Positions 40,993 through 51,390 of a DNA stretch of 64,000 nt are shown here, one piece after another. Both the position numbers and the translations under genes were made by a program. Position 1 is the first letter of the stretch. Every line of letters begins with the position of its first letter. The notes under the pieces were generated by a model. That model was not told the origin of the DNA, ran no database searches, and worked only from the letters and a program-made list of their open reading frames with translations. This stretch comes from an uncultured Candidatus Rokubacteria bacterium (GTDB taxonomy: Bacteria; Methylomirabilota; Methylomirabilia; Rokubacteriales; CSP1-6), in NCBI GenBank assembly GCA_963754315.1, contig CAVWFS010000007.1:832001-896000 (forward strand), written 5' to 3'.

Positions 40993-41988
40993 ATGCCTCA
41001 TCCACTGATGGAGCGGCGCGCGTTCATCAGGGCATGGACACGAGCCGCGGTGCTGCTGCCGGCGACGGGGTACGCCGCACCCCCGACCAAGTCCCACCGC
41101 CGGGTCGGACTGCTCATGTCGACCGACCCGGTGGCCGCCGCGCACATCGTTGGCGCATTTGCCGATAGCCTGCGCGAGCAGGGGTACATCGAAGGCAAGG
41201 ACGTCGTGCTGGAGTACCGCTGGGCCGAAGGCAAACCCAAGCGCTTTCCCGAGCTCGCCGCCGACCTCGTAAAGCAACGGGTGGACGTGATCGTCGCTTC
41301 CTCCCAGGCGCCCGCTCTCGCCGCCAAGCGGCTGACCTCCGCCATTCCCATCGTCATGGTCAACGCCACGGATCCGGTCGAGGTCGGCCTGGTCGCCAGC
41401 TTGGCCCGGCCCGGAGGCAACGTCACCGGCCTCAGCCAGCAGCTCACTCCCGAGATCCGCGCCAAACAGCTCCAGCTCCTCAAGGAGGCGCTGCCCAGGG
41501 TCTCGCGGGTCGCCGTGCTGCACAGCCCCGCCACCACCGTGGGTCTGCAGGCCTACGAGGAGGCCGCACAGACTCTCGAGCTTCGCGTTCAGTTGGTCGA
41601 AATACGCGCCCCGGAGGACCTCGAGCGCGCCTTCACGGCGATGGCCAAGGCGCGCATCGACGCGATCGTAGTGCCCGGCGACACTCTGCTGTTTGCGGAG
41701 CGTCAGCGGGTGACGGCGCTGGCCATCACGCACAAGCTGCCGGGGATCTACGCCCTCCGCGAGTACACAGAGGTCGGTGGTCTCATGTCCTACGCCGCCC
41801 GCCTCACGGAGCAGTTCCGGCGGGCCGCAGTCTATGTGGTCAAGATCCTCCGCGGCGCGAGCCCGGCCACCTTACCGGTCGAGTCGCCGAGCCAGTACGC
41901 GCTGGTCATCAACATGACGACCGCTCGTGCTCTCGGCGTCACCATCCCACCATCGCTGCTGGTGCGAGCAGACGAGGTCATCCAATGA
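40993..41988 (+). CDS. ABC transporter substrate-binding protein (ABC_sub_bind type)
   Basis: YRWAEG, GLVASLARPGGNVTG, GGLMSY and LLVRADEVIQ motifs. Confidence 0.92.
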   Translation: MPHPLMERRAFIRAWTRAAVLLPATGYAAPPTKSHRRVGLLMSTDPVAAAHIVGAFADSLREQGYIEGKDVVLEYRWAEGKPKRFPELAADLVKQRVDVIVASSQAPALAAKRLTSAIPIVMVNATDPVEVGLVASLARPGGNVTGLSQQLTPEIRAKQLQLLKEALPRVSRVAVLHSPATTVGLQAYEEAAQTLELRVQLVEIRAPEDLERAFTAMAKARIDAIVVPGDTLLFAERQRVTALAITHKLPGIYALREYTEVGGLMSYAARLTEQFRRAAVYVVKILRGASPATLPVESPSQYALVINMTTARALGVTIPPSLLVRADEVIQ

Positions 41989-42048
41989 TGGTCGCGCTGG
42001 CCTCACCTCGCAGATGGCGCCACATCCTACGCGGAGGTCGTGAAGATC

Positions 42049-43048
42049 ATGGGTACTCGGCGTGCATTTCTGAGCAAGACCGGGGCGATGGTGGCGGGCG
42101 CTGCCTTGGTCGCCCGTCCCCCGCGTGCATTCGGCCAATCGAAGATGGTGCTCAAGGCCTCCGACGTGCACCCGCTCGGCTATCCGACGGTGGAGGCGAT
42201 CGTTCGCATGGGGAAGAAGCTGGAGACGGCCTCCGGCGGCCGGCTGACGGTCCAGATGTTCCCGGCCATGCAGCTCGGCGGCGAGAAGGAGATGCTGGAG
42301 CAGACCCAGGTGGGCGCGCTCCAGATCTGCCGGGTGAGCGTCGGGCCCGGTGGGGACCATCGTCGATGAGCTGAACGTCTTCAACCTCCCGTTCGTCTTC
42401 CGCGACGAGGGCCACATGCGCAAGGTGATCGACGGCCCCATCGGCGTGGAGCTCATCGAGAAGATCACCGCGGCGCCCAACTCGCGCCTGGTCGGTCTCG
42501 GCTGGATGGATGCCGGGACGCGCAGCGTGTACGCCAAGAAGGCCTTCCGGTCGCCGGCCGACCTCAAGGGTCAGAAGATCCGCATGATGGGCAATCCGAT
42601 CTTCGTCGAGACCATGAACGCCATGGGCGGCAACGGCATCTCGATGGGGTTCAACGAGCTCTATAGCGCGCTGCAGACGGGCGTGGTGGACGGCGCCGAG
42701 AACAATCCGCCCACCCTGCTCACCCACAACCACTATCAGATCAGCAAGGTCTACAGCCTGACCGGACACCTGATCATCCCGGAGATCTTCGTCTTCTCCC
42801 GCCGGACCTGGGACACCCTGACCCCGGACGATCAGGCACTCATCAAGAAGCTCTCGCGCGAGGCCCAGCTCGAGCAGCGAGACCTGTGGGACAAGATGGT
42901 CGCCGAGTCGACCCAGAAGCTGAAGGCCTCTGGCGTGGAATTCGTGGAGGTCGACAAGAAGGCCTACTACGAGGCGACCAAGCCCGTCCGCGACAAGTAC
43001 GGCGCCAAGTGGACGGCCCTCATCAAGCGGATCGAGGACACCAAGTGA
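42049..43048 (+). CDS. dctP: TRAP substrate-binding protein (frameshift near 42350)
   Basis: TRRAFL Tat-like leader; QLGGEKEM, DLKGQKIR and ALQTGVVDGAEN motifs. Confidence 0.9.
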
Positions 43049-43102
43049 GCCACGGGAGGGTGGCGGGGTTTCCACGCCCCGCCGCCGGAGGCGCGCCCGC
43101 GC

Positions 43103-43625
43103 GTGAAGACGGCTTATGTCCAAGCGATGGAGTGGCTGTACCTCGCGTGCGTGATCGTCTCGGGAGTGAGCCTGATCGTCATCACCGTGATCATCCCCTA
43201 CGGCGTCGTCATGCGCTACGTGGTGAACGCTCCCGCCTCGTGGCCGGAGCCGGCGGCGGTGCTGCTCATGGTCGTGTTCTCCTTCATCGGCGGCGCTGCC
43301 GTCTACCGCGCCAACGTGCACATTGCGGTGCGGGCGGTGCTCGATGCCGTCGACGCGCGAACGCGCCGGGTCCTGGTCTGCGCCTGGTCGATGTGGCGCT
43401 GGCCTTGACCGCCATCTTCATGCTGGTGTGGGGGGCGCGCCTGGTGCGCACGACGTGGCATCAGGTGATCGCCGAGTTTCCCCTCCTCTCGGTCGGCGTG
43501 ACATATCTGCCCGCTGCCCCTCGCCGGGCTTTCTGACCCTGCTCTTCATCATCGAGCGCGTGTGGATCGGCGAGCCGCCCCGCACCTCGGTCATGTACCG
43601 GGACGAGGCGGCGGCCCTCGAGTAG
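43103..43625 (+). CDS. dctQ: TRAP small permease (frameshifted)
   Basis: VVMRYV...SWPEP and HIAV motifs; position between dctP and dctM. Confidence 0.82.
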
Positions 43626-43632
43626 GCCGACC

Positions 43633-44919
43633 ATGGACGCCATCGTGCTGCTCGGCGCCTTCGCCATCCTGTGCGCCATCGGCATGCCGGTGGCGTACAC
43701 GCTCGGGCTGGCCAGCCTCATTGCTGCCTTCTGGGTGGACATTCCGCTGGAGGCGGTGATGCTGAAGATCTCGGATGGCACCGACGACTTCTCGCTGCTG
43801 GCCATCCCCTTCTTCGTGCTGGCCGGCGCCATCATGGCCGAGGGCGGCATGGCCACGCGCCTCGTCAACCTGGCCACCGTGCTGGTCGGCTTCATCAGGG
43901 GCGGGCTGGCGGTGGTGAACGTGGTGGCCTCCACGTTCTTTGCCGGAGTGTCTGGTTCCTCCGTCGCCGACACCGCCTCCATCGGCAGCGTCATGATCCC
44001 CCAGATGGTGCGGGCCGGGCTATCCGCGCGTGTTCTCCACCAACGTCACCATCTGCGGCTCGGTCCAGGCCGTGCTCATCCCGCCCTCTCACAACGCGGT
44101 CATCTACTCGCTGGCCGCCGGGGGCACCATCTCCATCGCTCACCTGTTCCTGGCTGGCGTTCTCCCCGGCTTGCTCTTCGGCCTCTGCCTGATCGGCCTC
44201 ATTCTCGTCACCGCCTACCGGCGGGGGTTCCCCAAGGCGGAGCCCGTCCCCCTCCGGCAGGCCCTCAGGATCGCCCTCGACGCCGTGTGGGGGCTGATCA
44301 CCATGGTCATCATCCTGGGGGGAATCCTCGGCGGTGTCTTCACCGCCACCGAGTCGGCGGCCATCGCCTGCGTGTACGCCTTCTTCGTCACCATCTTCAT
44401 CTACCGCGACTACCGCTGGCGCGATTTGCCCCATCTCATCCACCGCACGGTGAAGACGGTGGCCATGGTGATGATGCTCATCGGCTTCTCGGTGGCCTTC
44501 GGCTACATGCTGGCCATCTTGCAAATTCCCGCGCGCGCCACCGAGTTCTTCCTGACGCCTCACGGCCAACAAGTACGTGCTCCTTCTTCTCATCAACGGG
44601 TTGCTGCTGGGGCTCGGCACCTTCCTCGACATGGCCCCCATGATCCTCATCTGCACGCCCATCCTGCTCCCGGTCCTGGTCAAGGTCGGGGTCGATCCCG
44701 TCCACTTCGGGATGATCCTGCTCGTCAACGCGCGGCATCGGCCTCATCACACCGCCCGTGGGTCCGACCTTGTTTGTGGGATGTGCGCTGGGCCGGGTCA
44801 CCATGGAGGAGGTCTCGCGCGAGCTGTGGCCATTCTATGCGGCGATGCTGCTCGCGCTCCTGCTGGTGACGTACGTGCCGGCCATCTCGCTGTGGCTGCC
44901 GAGCCTCGTCAAATTCTGA
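43633..44919 (+). CDS. dctM: TRAP large permease (several frameshifts)
   Basis: LLAIPFFVLAG, SGSSVAD, LIPPS, FTATES and DPVHFG motifs. Confidence 0.88.
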
Positions 44920-45014
44920 GGCGGCGTGCGCTACAACGAGCGGGTGGACACGGAGAGCCTGAAGCTCTCCGCCCTCATGTGGGAGGCCCTGTGCCGCGAC
45001 TTCCTCGGCTGATA

Positions 45015-46256
45015 CTAGCCCGGCGCCGCGCCCTGCGTGCTGACGTAGAGGGCGTACAGTGACTGGCTGGCGGCCATGAACAGACGGTTGCGCTTGGGGC
45101 CCCCGAAGCAGACATTGCCGCAGACCTCGGGCAGCCGGATGCGGCCGATCAGCTTGCCGTCGGGGTTCCAGACGGTCACCCCGCTGTAGCCCACGGAACG
45201 GCCGGCGTTACTCGAGCACCAGAGGTTACCATCCACGTCCGCGCGTACGCCGTCGGGGCCGCATTTCACACCGTCGATCATGAAGTCCGTGAACACCTTG
45301 CGGTTGCTGACCTTGTTGTCGCTGCCCACGTCGAAGACGTGCATGTCGCGATTGCCGCCCGGCCCCGTGTCGCCCGGCCCGCGGCCTGTGCTGATGACGT
45401 AGAGCTTCTTGTAGTCGGGCGAGAAGCACAAACCATTGGGATCGGGGACCTGATCCTCGCCCACCACCAGGCTCACGCGTCCGCTGGGGTCGACGCGATA
45501 GACGGATGTGGGCAGCTCACGCTTCGCCTCGCCGATCTCCGGTGGCTGGCCGAGCCGGGGTTTGAGCCGGCCCGCGCGGTTGCTGGGTCCGCCAGGCGCG
45601 TCGGGCGTGCCCTCGTACAGCTGGCCGCCGTACGGTGGATCGGTGAACCAGTAGCTACCGTCCGGGTGGGGGACGACATCGTTGGGGGAGTTGAGACGCT
45701 TGCCATCGTAGCGGTCCGCGATCACGGTCACCGAGCCGTCGAGCTCGTAACGCACCACCCGTCGCGTGAGGTGCTCGCACGACAGCTGGCGGCCCTGGAA
45801 GTCGAACGTGTTGCCGTTGCTGTTGTTCGAGGGCATGCGGAAGACGCTCACGCGGCCGTCATCCTCCAGCCACCGCAGCTGTCGATTGTTGGGAATGTCA
45901 CTCCAGACCAGATAGCGCCCCTGGGCGTTCCAGGCTGGCCCCTCGGACCACAGCGCGCCCGTCCACAACCGCTGGATCGGCGCGTTGGCCTGGCGCAGGG
46001 CGTTGAAGGCCGGATCGATCGTGAGCACGTCGGGGTCGGTGAAATACACATTCGGGGGCGCGTTGGGCCCGAAATCACGCGGCGGACTCGTGATCGTGCT
46101 CGGCGGCGACGCCGGACCGGCCGCAGGTGTCTGGGCGGCTGCGAGCCGCGGCGCGACCGCAAGACCGCCGACGGTGGTCGCCATGGCGGTGATGAGCATA
46201 CGCCGCGATATGGGTCCTGATCTCGCGCCTTCTCGTTCGCGCTCGCGTCGTGTCAT
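45015..46256 (-). CDS. SMP-30/gluconolactonase family protein, probably Tat-exported
   Basis: SRRML leader; WSEGPAW, LNSPND, PNGLCFSPD and PDGVRAD motifs. Confidence 0.9.
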   Translation of the reverse strand: MTRREREREGARSGPISRRMLITAMATTVGGLAVAPRLAAAQTPAAGPASPPSTITSPPRDFGPNAPPNVYFTDPDVLTIDPAFNALRQANAPIQRLWTGALWSEGPAWNAQGRYLVWSDIPNNRQLRWLEDDGRVSVFRMPSNNSNGNTFDFQGRQLSCEHLTRRVVRYELDGSVTVIADRYDGKRLNSPNDVVPHPDGSYWFTDPPYGGQLYEGTPDAPGGPSNRAGRLKPRLGQPPEIGEAKRELPTSVYRVDPSGRVSLVVGEDQVPDPNGLCFSPDYKKLYVISTGRGPGDTGPGGNRDMHVFDVGSDNKVSNRKVFTDFMIDGVKCGPDGVRADVDGNLWCSSNAGRSVGYSGVTVWNPDGKLIGRIRLPEVCGNVCFGGPKRNRLFMAASQSLYALYVSTQGAAPG

Positions 46257-46432
46257 GGTGGGCCTCCTTGCCAGGCGCGACCCTATCAACGATCGCCGGA
46301 GGAGGTCAACACCCGATCCGTCGTGGCACCCCCTTACCCGTGTATTTGCGGTCCGGGCGCGTGGTGGCGCATGATGGCGCGCGGCGGCGGCCCTCGCGAG
46401 GGCCAATGACATCAAGGAGGAGCACGCGGCTC

Positions 46433-47461
46433 ATGCCCGCACCGAAGACCAACCAGAACTGGCTCACGCTGACAGTCGAGGAACCGCTCGACCGCGACCT
46501 GCCCATTTGCGACCCGCATCATCACCTCTGGGATTCCCAGACTGCTCGGGTCGCCCCACGCTATTTGCTCGACGAGATCCTCGAGGATCTCCGTGGAGGC
46601 CACAACGTCGTCTCCACTGTCTTCATCGAATGCGGCGCCATGTACCGGCGGGACGGGGTCGAGCCCCTGCGCGTCGTGGGCGAGACGGAGTTTGTGAACG
46701 GGATCGCGGCCATGAGCGCGTCAGGCCTCTACGGGGCGCCGCGCGTTGCCGCCGGGATCGTGGGGACGGCCGACCTGCGGCTCGGCAAGGCGGTGGGCGC
46801 CGTGCTCGATGCTCAGATCGCCGCCGGTGGCGGCAGGTTTCGCGGCATCCGTCGCTCGGCGGCCTGGGATGCCGATGAGGCCGTGCCCAAGCACCGCACC
46901 GCACCGCCGCCGGGGCTGTTCGCCCGTGACGACTTTCGAGCCGGTTTCGCCGAGCTGGCGCCGCGTGGACTGACGTTCGAGGCCTGGTGCTACCACCGTC
47001 AGATCCCGGACGTCACCGCCCTGGCGCGCGCGTTTCCCGGCACGACGATCATCCTGAACCACTTTGGCGGACCCATCGGCGTCGGGTCCTATGCGGGCCG
47101 GGCGCGCGAGGTGTACGCGGAATGGCGCACCGCCATCCGCGAGCTCGCCACCTGTCCCAACGTCATGGTCAAGCTCGGGGGGATCAACATGGAGGTCAAC
47201 GGCTTCGGCTGGCACGACCACCCGCGGCCGCCCTCCAGCCAGGAGCTGGCGGACGCGACCCGGCAGTACTACGAGTTCACCATCGAGACGTTTGGTCCCG
47301 ATCGGTGCATGTTCGAGTCGAACTTCCCCGTCGACGCCGTCAGTTGCAGCTATACCGTGCTGTGGAATTCGTTCAAGCGTCTGGCGGCGGGATACCCGAC
47401 GGAGGTGAAGGCCAAGCTGTTCCACGACACCGCGGCCCGCGTCTACCGCCTCGTCTCCTGA
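46433..47461 (+). CDS. Amidohydrolase family protein (lactonase-like)
   Basis: DPHHHLW, ILNHFG, VKLGG and MFESNFPVD motifs. Confidence 0.92.
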   Translation: MPAPKTNQNWLTLTVEEPLDRDLPICDPHHHLWDSQTARVAPRYLLDEILEDLRGGHNVVSTVFIECGAMYRRDGVEPLRVVGETEFVNGIAAMSASGLYGAPRVAAGIVGTADLRLGKAVGAVLDAQIAAGGGRFRGIRRSAAWDADEAVPKHRTAPPPGLFARDDFRAGFAELAPRGLTFEAWCYHRQIPDVTALARAFPGTTIILNHFGGPIGVGSYAGRAREVYAEWRTAIRELATCPNVMVKLGGINMEVNGFGWHDHPRPPSSQELADATRQYYEFTIETFGPDRCMFESNFPVDAVSCSYTVLWNSFKRLAAGYPTEVKAKLFHDTAARVYRLVS

Positions 47462-47676
47462 GGCGCACCTCGCGCCACCCGACACGATCGAGGAGGCCTA
47501 TGCGCGCATTGGGCCTGCAGAGCCTGACCCAGGAGGAGAAGGAGCTCATCCTCTGGAAGAACTTGGAGCGGTTGCTGGGGCTCTAGCCCACCTATGACGT
47601 CCGGTCGGTGGCAGTTGCGCGTGCGGACGGAATGTCGCACGATCACCCTCATCCGGCTGGGTGCCAGGAGGGTGCG

Positions 47677-48540
47677 ATGACGACCGTCGGCAGCGGCAGC
47701 TACCGCTACGAGCTGAACGAGACGTGGGCCAAGCTTCCCAGCGGGTGGACCTTCGGTCAAGTGAGCGCGGTGGCTACCGACTCCCAGGATCGCGTCTACG
47801 CCTTCCAGCGGAAGGACCCGCCCGTCGTCGTCTTCGATCGAGACGGCACCTACCTCAGCTCGTGGGGGAGCAGCGCCATCGCCGACCCCCACGGCCTCTG
47901 CATCATCAATGACGTGATCTACCTGACCGACCGGAATGACCACGTGGCCTTGAAGTACACCCTGGACGGCAAGCCTCTGATGATTCTCGGCGCTCGGGGC
48001 CAACCGTCCGACACGGGCGCCACCAAGGACATCGAGCTCCCCCCGCGCTCGGCGGGGCCGTTCAACAAGCCGACCGAGATGATGGTGGCGCCGTCCGGCG
48101 ATCTATACGTCTCGGACGGGTACCGCAACAGCCGCGTCCATCGCTTCTCGAGCCAGGGTGCCTTGCTCGACTCGTGGGGGCAGCCGGGCAAGGAAGCGCC
48201 CGGAGAGTTTCATCTGCCCCACAGCCTGTGGGTCGATCGTCAGAACAACGTCTATGTCTGCGACCGCGAGAACAGTCGCATCCAGGTCTTCACGGCGGCG
48301 GGGAAGTTCGTCGCCCAGTGGCGGGACATCCACAAACCGACCGACATCTATTTCGACACTCAGGAAGTCGCCTACGTGAGCGAGCAGCGGCCGTCGATCA
48401 GCATTCTGGACAAGCGGGGCACCGTGCTCGCCCGCTTCGACTCGCCGTCCGGTCACGGCATCTGGGTCGATTCGAGGGGAAGCATCTATCTGGCCGAGGC
48501 CGGCAAGCAGCGACTCACGAAGTACATCCGTCAACGCTGA
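47677..48540 (+). CDS. NHL-repeat beta-propeller protein
   Basis: YVSDGYRNSRVHRF, PGEFHLPH and VCDRENSRIQVF; paralog of 9362-10324. Confidence 0.88.
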   Translation: MTTVGSGSYRYELNETWAKLPSGWTFGQVSAVATDSQDRVYAFQRKDPPVVVFDRDGTYLSSWGSSAIADPHGLCIINDVIYLTDRNDHVALKYTLDGKPLMILGARGQPSDTGATKDIELPPRSAGPFNKPTEMMVAPSGDLYVSDGYRNSRVHRFSSQGALLDSWGQPGKEAPGEFHLPHSLWVDRQNNVYVCDRENSRIQVFTAAGKFVAQWRDIHKPTDIYFDTQEVAYVSEQRPSISILDKRGTVLARFDSPSGHGIWVDSRGSIYLAEAGKQRLTKYIRQR

Positions 48541-48562
48541 GGCAGACCGAAGGAGGAACGCG

Positions 48563-49189
48563 ATGATCCACGAAATTCGTACCTACACGTTGCGCACGGG
48601 GGCGGTGGCCGAGTTCGAGGAGCGCTTTGCCAAGCGCAAGCCGCTGCGCGAGAAGCATTCGCAGCTGGGCGGCTTCTGGCACACCGAGTTTGGTCCGCTC
48701 AACCAGGTCGTGCACCTCTGGCCCTACGAGAACCTCCAGCAGCGCATGGCGGTGCGCGAGGCCATGACCAAGGACACTGCGCTCCAGCAGCTTCCAGGCG
48801 GGCGCGATCTGATCGTGGAGCAGCAGGCCGACATCATGATTCCGGCGCCGTTCATGCAGCCCCTGGGCAGCCGCGACTTCGGCACCGGGAATCTCTACGA
48901 GATGCGGATCTACACCTACGCGCCGGGCGACCTCCCGGCCGTGCTGGAGGCGTGGGGCAAGGCCGTGCCCGGCCGTGAGAAGCTCTCCCCGCTGGTGGGG
49001 TGCTGGACGAGCGAGCTCGGAGGGCTGAACAAGTTCGTGCACCTCTGGGTCTACAAGGACGCAAACGAGCGCACGCGCATTCGCGAGGAATCGCGCAAAG
49101 GCGGCCAGTGGCCGCCGCAATCCGGCGTGCGGCCGCTCCGCCAAGAGAACAAGCTGCTGATCCCGGCGGCGTTCTCGTCCCTGCGGTAG
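48563..49189 (+). CDS. NIPSNAP family protein (two domains)
   Basis: HEIRTY and YEMRIY repeats; GPLNQVVHLW and GGLNKFVHLW. Confidence 0.9.
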   Translation: MIHEIRTYTLRTGAVAEFEERFAKRKPLREKHSQLGGFWHTEFGPLNQVVHLWPYENLQQRMAVREAMTKDTALQQLPGGRDLIVEQQADIMIPAPFMQPLGSRDFGTGNLYEMRIYTYAPGDLPAVLEAWGKAVPGREKLSPLVGCWTSELGGLNKFVHLWVYKDANERTRIREESRKGGQWPPQSGVRPLRQENKLLIPAAFSSLR

Positions 49190-49349
49190 TCTCCCCGCCA
49201 ATCTCCAGCCCGGGCGGCGCCGACCTTGAGACGGCCGCGCCGTCCGGGCGCTCTATGGACACGTAGCGCCCACCCCGGTTCGACGGAGGAGACGAACGCG
49301 ATGGCAGCGGTCAGGCGGCAGCGCGCGCAGTGGCTCGGGTAACGGGCCC

Positions 49350-50678
49350 GTGAGTCGGCCCGTCGAGGTGTCCCCGACTCCCGCGAAGTTCGGCGCGCTC
49401 CACCATCGCGACTACCGCCGCTACTTCCTCTGGGCGCTCATCGGCATGACGGCCGAGAGCATCGAGCACGTGGTCAGCTACTGGGTGATCTTCGAGTCCT
49501 TCCACTCCCCCACCATGGGCGGGTTCGCCGTCATCGGCCACTGGGCCCCGTACCTGTTCTTCTCCGTGTACGCGGGCGCCCTCGCCGACCGCTACGACTG
49601 CCGCAGGCTCATCCAGGTCGCCCAGGGGCTGATGATGCTCGCGTCGCTGGCCTGGGCCGGCCTCTTCCTGACGGGTACTCTGCGCGCCTGGCACGCCACG
49701 GTGATCCTGGCCATCCACGGGGCGGCCGGCGTTCTCGGGTCGCCGCCGTTCCAGCTCCTCGTGCACGACATCGTCGGCCCCCAGCATTTGCAGAGCGCGA
49801 TCCGCCTCACGGCAATCAGCCGCTATTTCGCCATGCTCGTCGGACCTGCCATCGGTGGTGGGCTGATGCTCGTCCTCGGCCCGGGCGTGTCGCTCCTCGT
49901 CAACGTGCTGCTGTACGTGCCGCTCATCCTCTTCCTGTTCCGCCTGCCGTATACGGGGCACCGAGGCGAGGGCGACGGGCCGCGCCAGGCGTCACGCTTC
50001 CGACTCTCGGAGGCACGCCGACTCCTCTCCGAGGTCCAGAGCGAGGGGCGGATCCTCAGAATGATCGTGCTGGCTGGCGCGACGTCGCTCTTCGTGGGCA
50101 GCGCGTTCCAGGCGCAGATGCCGGAGTTCGCGCACCAGCACGGGTCGGACGAGGCCGATGTCTGGTACAGCGTGCTCTTCGGGGCCAACGCGGCCGGCGC
50201 CGTGATCGGAGCCCTGCTCCTCGAGAGCGTCACCGCCCTGCGCGGCGGGGCGCGGGCGGCGATCGTCTGCGCGGCCATCTGGGGAATGCTGATGGCGATC
50301 TTCCCCTTCGCCCACAGCTACGCGGCGTCGGTGACGCTGCTCATGCTGGCCGGCATCTTCAACATCGCCTTCACCTCGATGGCGCAGGCGCTCGTGCAGG
50401 TCCTGGCGCCGCAAAGGCTGCGTGGCCGCGTGGTCGGCCTCTTCAACGCGGCGATGCTGGGACTCCGCACGGGCAGCGGGCTGACGGTCGGTGTCCTGGG
50501 TGCGGTGATCGGCGTCGAGTGGTCTCTGGCGCTGAGCGCCTCGGCCGTGGTCCTGGTCGCGCTCGGCCTGCTTGGCGCCGACCTCCGCTCGCCATCGACC
50601 GCGGAGGAACCCCAGGCCCCCGTGGTCGGCGCGCGCGGTAGCCCGGCACGTAGAGCACCACGCTCGCCGCGGGGGTGA
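49350..50678 (+). CDS. MFS transporter
   Basis: GALADRYDCRR motif A; LRGRV; ~12 TM. Confidence 0.88.
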   Translation: MSRPVEVSPTPAKFGALHHRDYRRYFLWALIGMTAESIEHVVSYWVIFESFHSPTMGGFAVIGHWAPYLFFSVYAGALADRYDCRRLIQVAQGLMMLASLAWAGLFLTGTLRAWHATVILAIHGAAGVLGSPPFQLLVHDIVGPQHLQSAIRLTAISRYFAMLVGPAIGGGLMLVLGPGVSLLVNVLLYVPLILFLFRLPYTGHRGEGDGPRQASRFRLSEARRLLSEVQSEGRILRMIVLAGATSLFVGSAFQAQMPEFAHQHGSDEADVWYSVLFGANAAGAVIGALLLESVTALRGGARAAIVCAAIWGMLMAIFPFAHSYAASVTLLMLAGIFNIAFTSMAQALVQVLAPQRLRGRVVGLFNAAMLGLRTGSGLTVGVLGAVIGVEWSLALSASAVVLVALGLLGADLRSPSTAEEPQAPVVGARGSPARRAPRSPRG

Positions 50679-50948
50679 GCGCTCGACCTGACGGTCGATG
50701 GCGGCGACGAACTCCCGCTCGGCTCGCGCTTCCGCCCTCAAGTCAGTTCCTCGTCCTGCATGACGATGGGCGATGGCACCATCGTGCGCACGACGGTGCC
50801 GCTGCAGGAGGCCAGGAGAGTCGCGAGGGCGAGCGCGGCCACTGCGGCGCGGCGCAAACGATCATGGGGGCAATGATAGCTGGCTCGTAGGAAATCGCCA
50901 CCTCTTCGCGCGCTCACCGGAGGCCGTCCTGGCCCGAGCCGGACCCTT

Positions 50949-51293
50949 GTGCTCCACGTGCGCGCCTTCGATGACTCCACGAGCGCGATCGAGGAGAGCA
51001 TCAAGGCCCTTCGGGATCCCCAAGGGGCGGCCAGCCGTCAGGTCAGTGTGTCCATGGCGCGTGACCTGCTGACCGACCAGCGCCTGCACCTCCTCCGCGT
51101 CATTCGCAAGGAGCAACCCGAATCCCTTGCGGCCCTCGCGCGCTTGGTGGGCCGTCCCGACGAGTCCGTCAAGGCCGACTTGCTCCTGCTCGCCCGTACC
51201 GGCGCCGTCGCTCTCGAGAGTCCGTCATCCAAGAGCCAGACACGAGCACCCCGTGTCGTGTATGAGCGCGTGGAGATCCGACTAGACCTGTGA
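50949..51293 (+). CDS. Winged-HTH protein (HVO_A0114-like)
   Basis: LLTDQRLHLLRVI...PESLAALARLVGR...VKADL...PRVVYERV. Confidence 0.7.
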   Translation: MLHVRAFDDSTSAIEESIKALRDPQGAASRQVSVSMARDLLTDQRLHLLRVIRKEQPESLAALARLVGRPDESVKADLLLLARTGAVALESPSSKSQTRAPRVVYERVEIRLDL

Positions 51294-51390
51294 GGCGTCC
51301 TGTCTATTTCTTGCGCGGGTCGTCCTTGGGATCGATGTAGATTGACGTCGAAGGGCCCGACGCCGGGCCAGCTGTTCCCGCGCATGGTTC

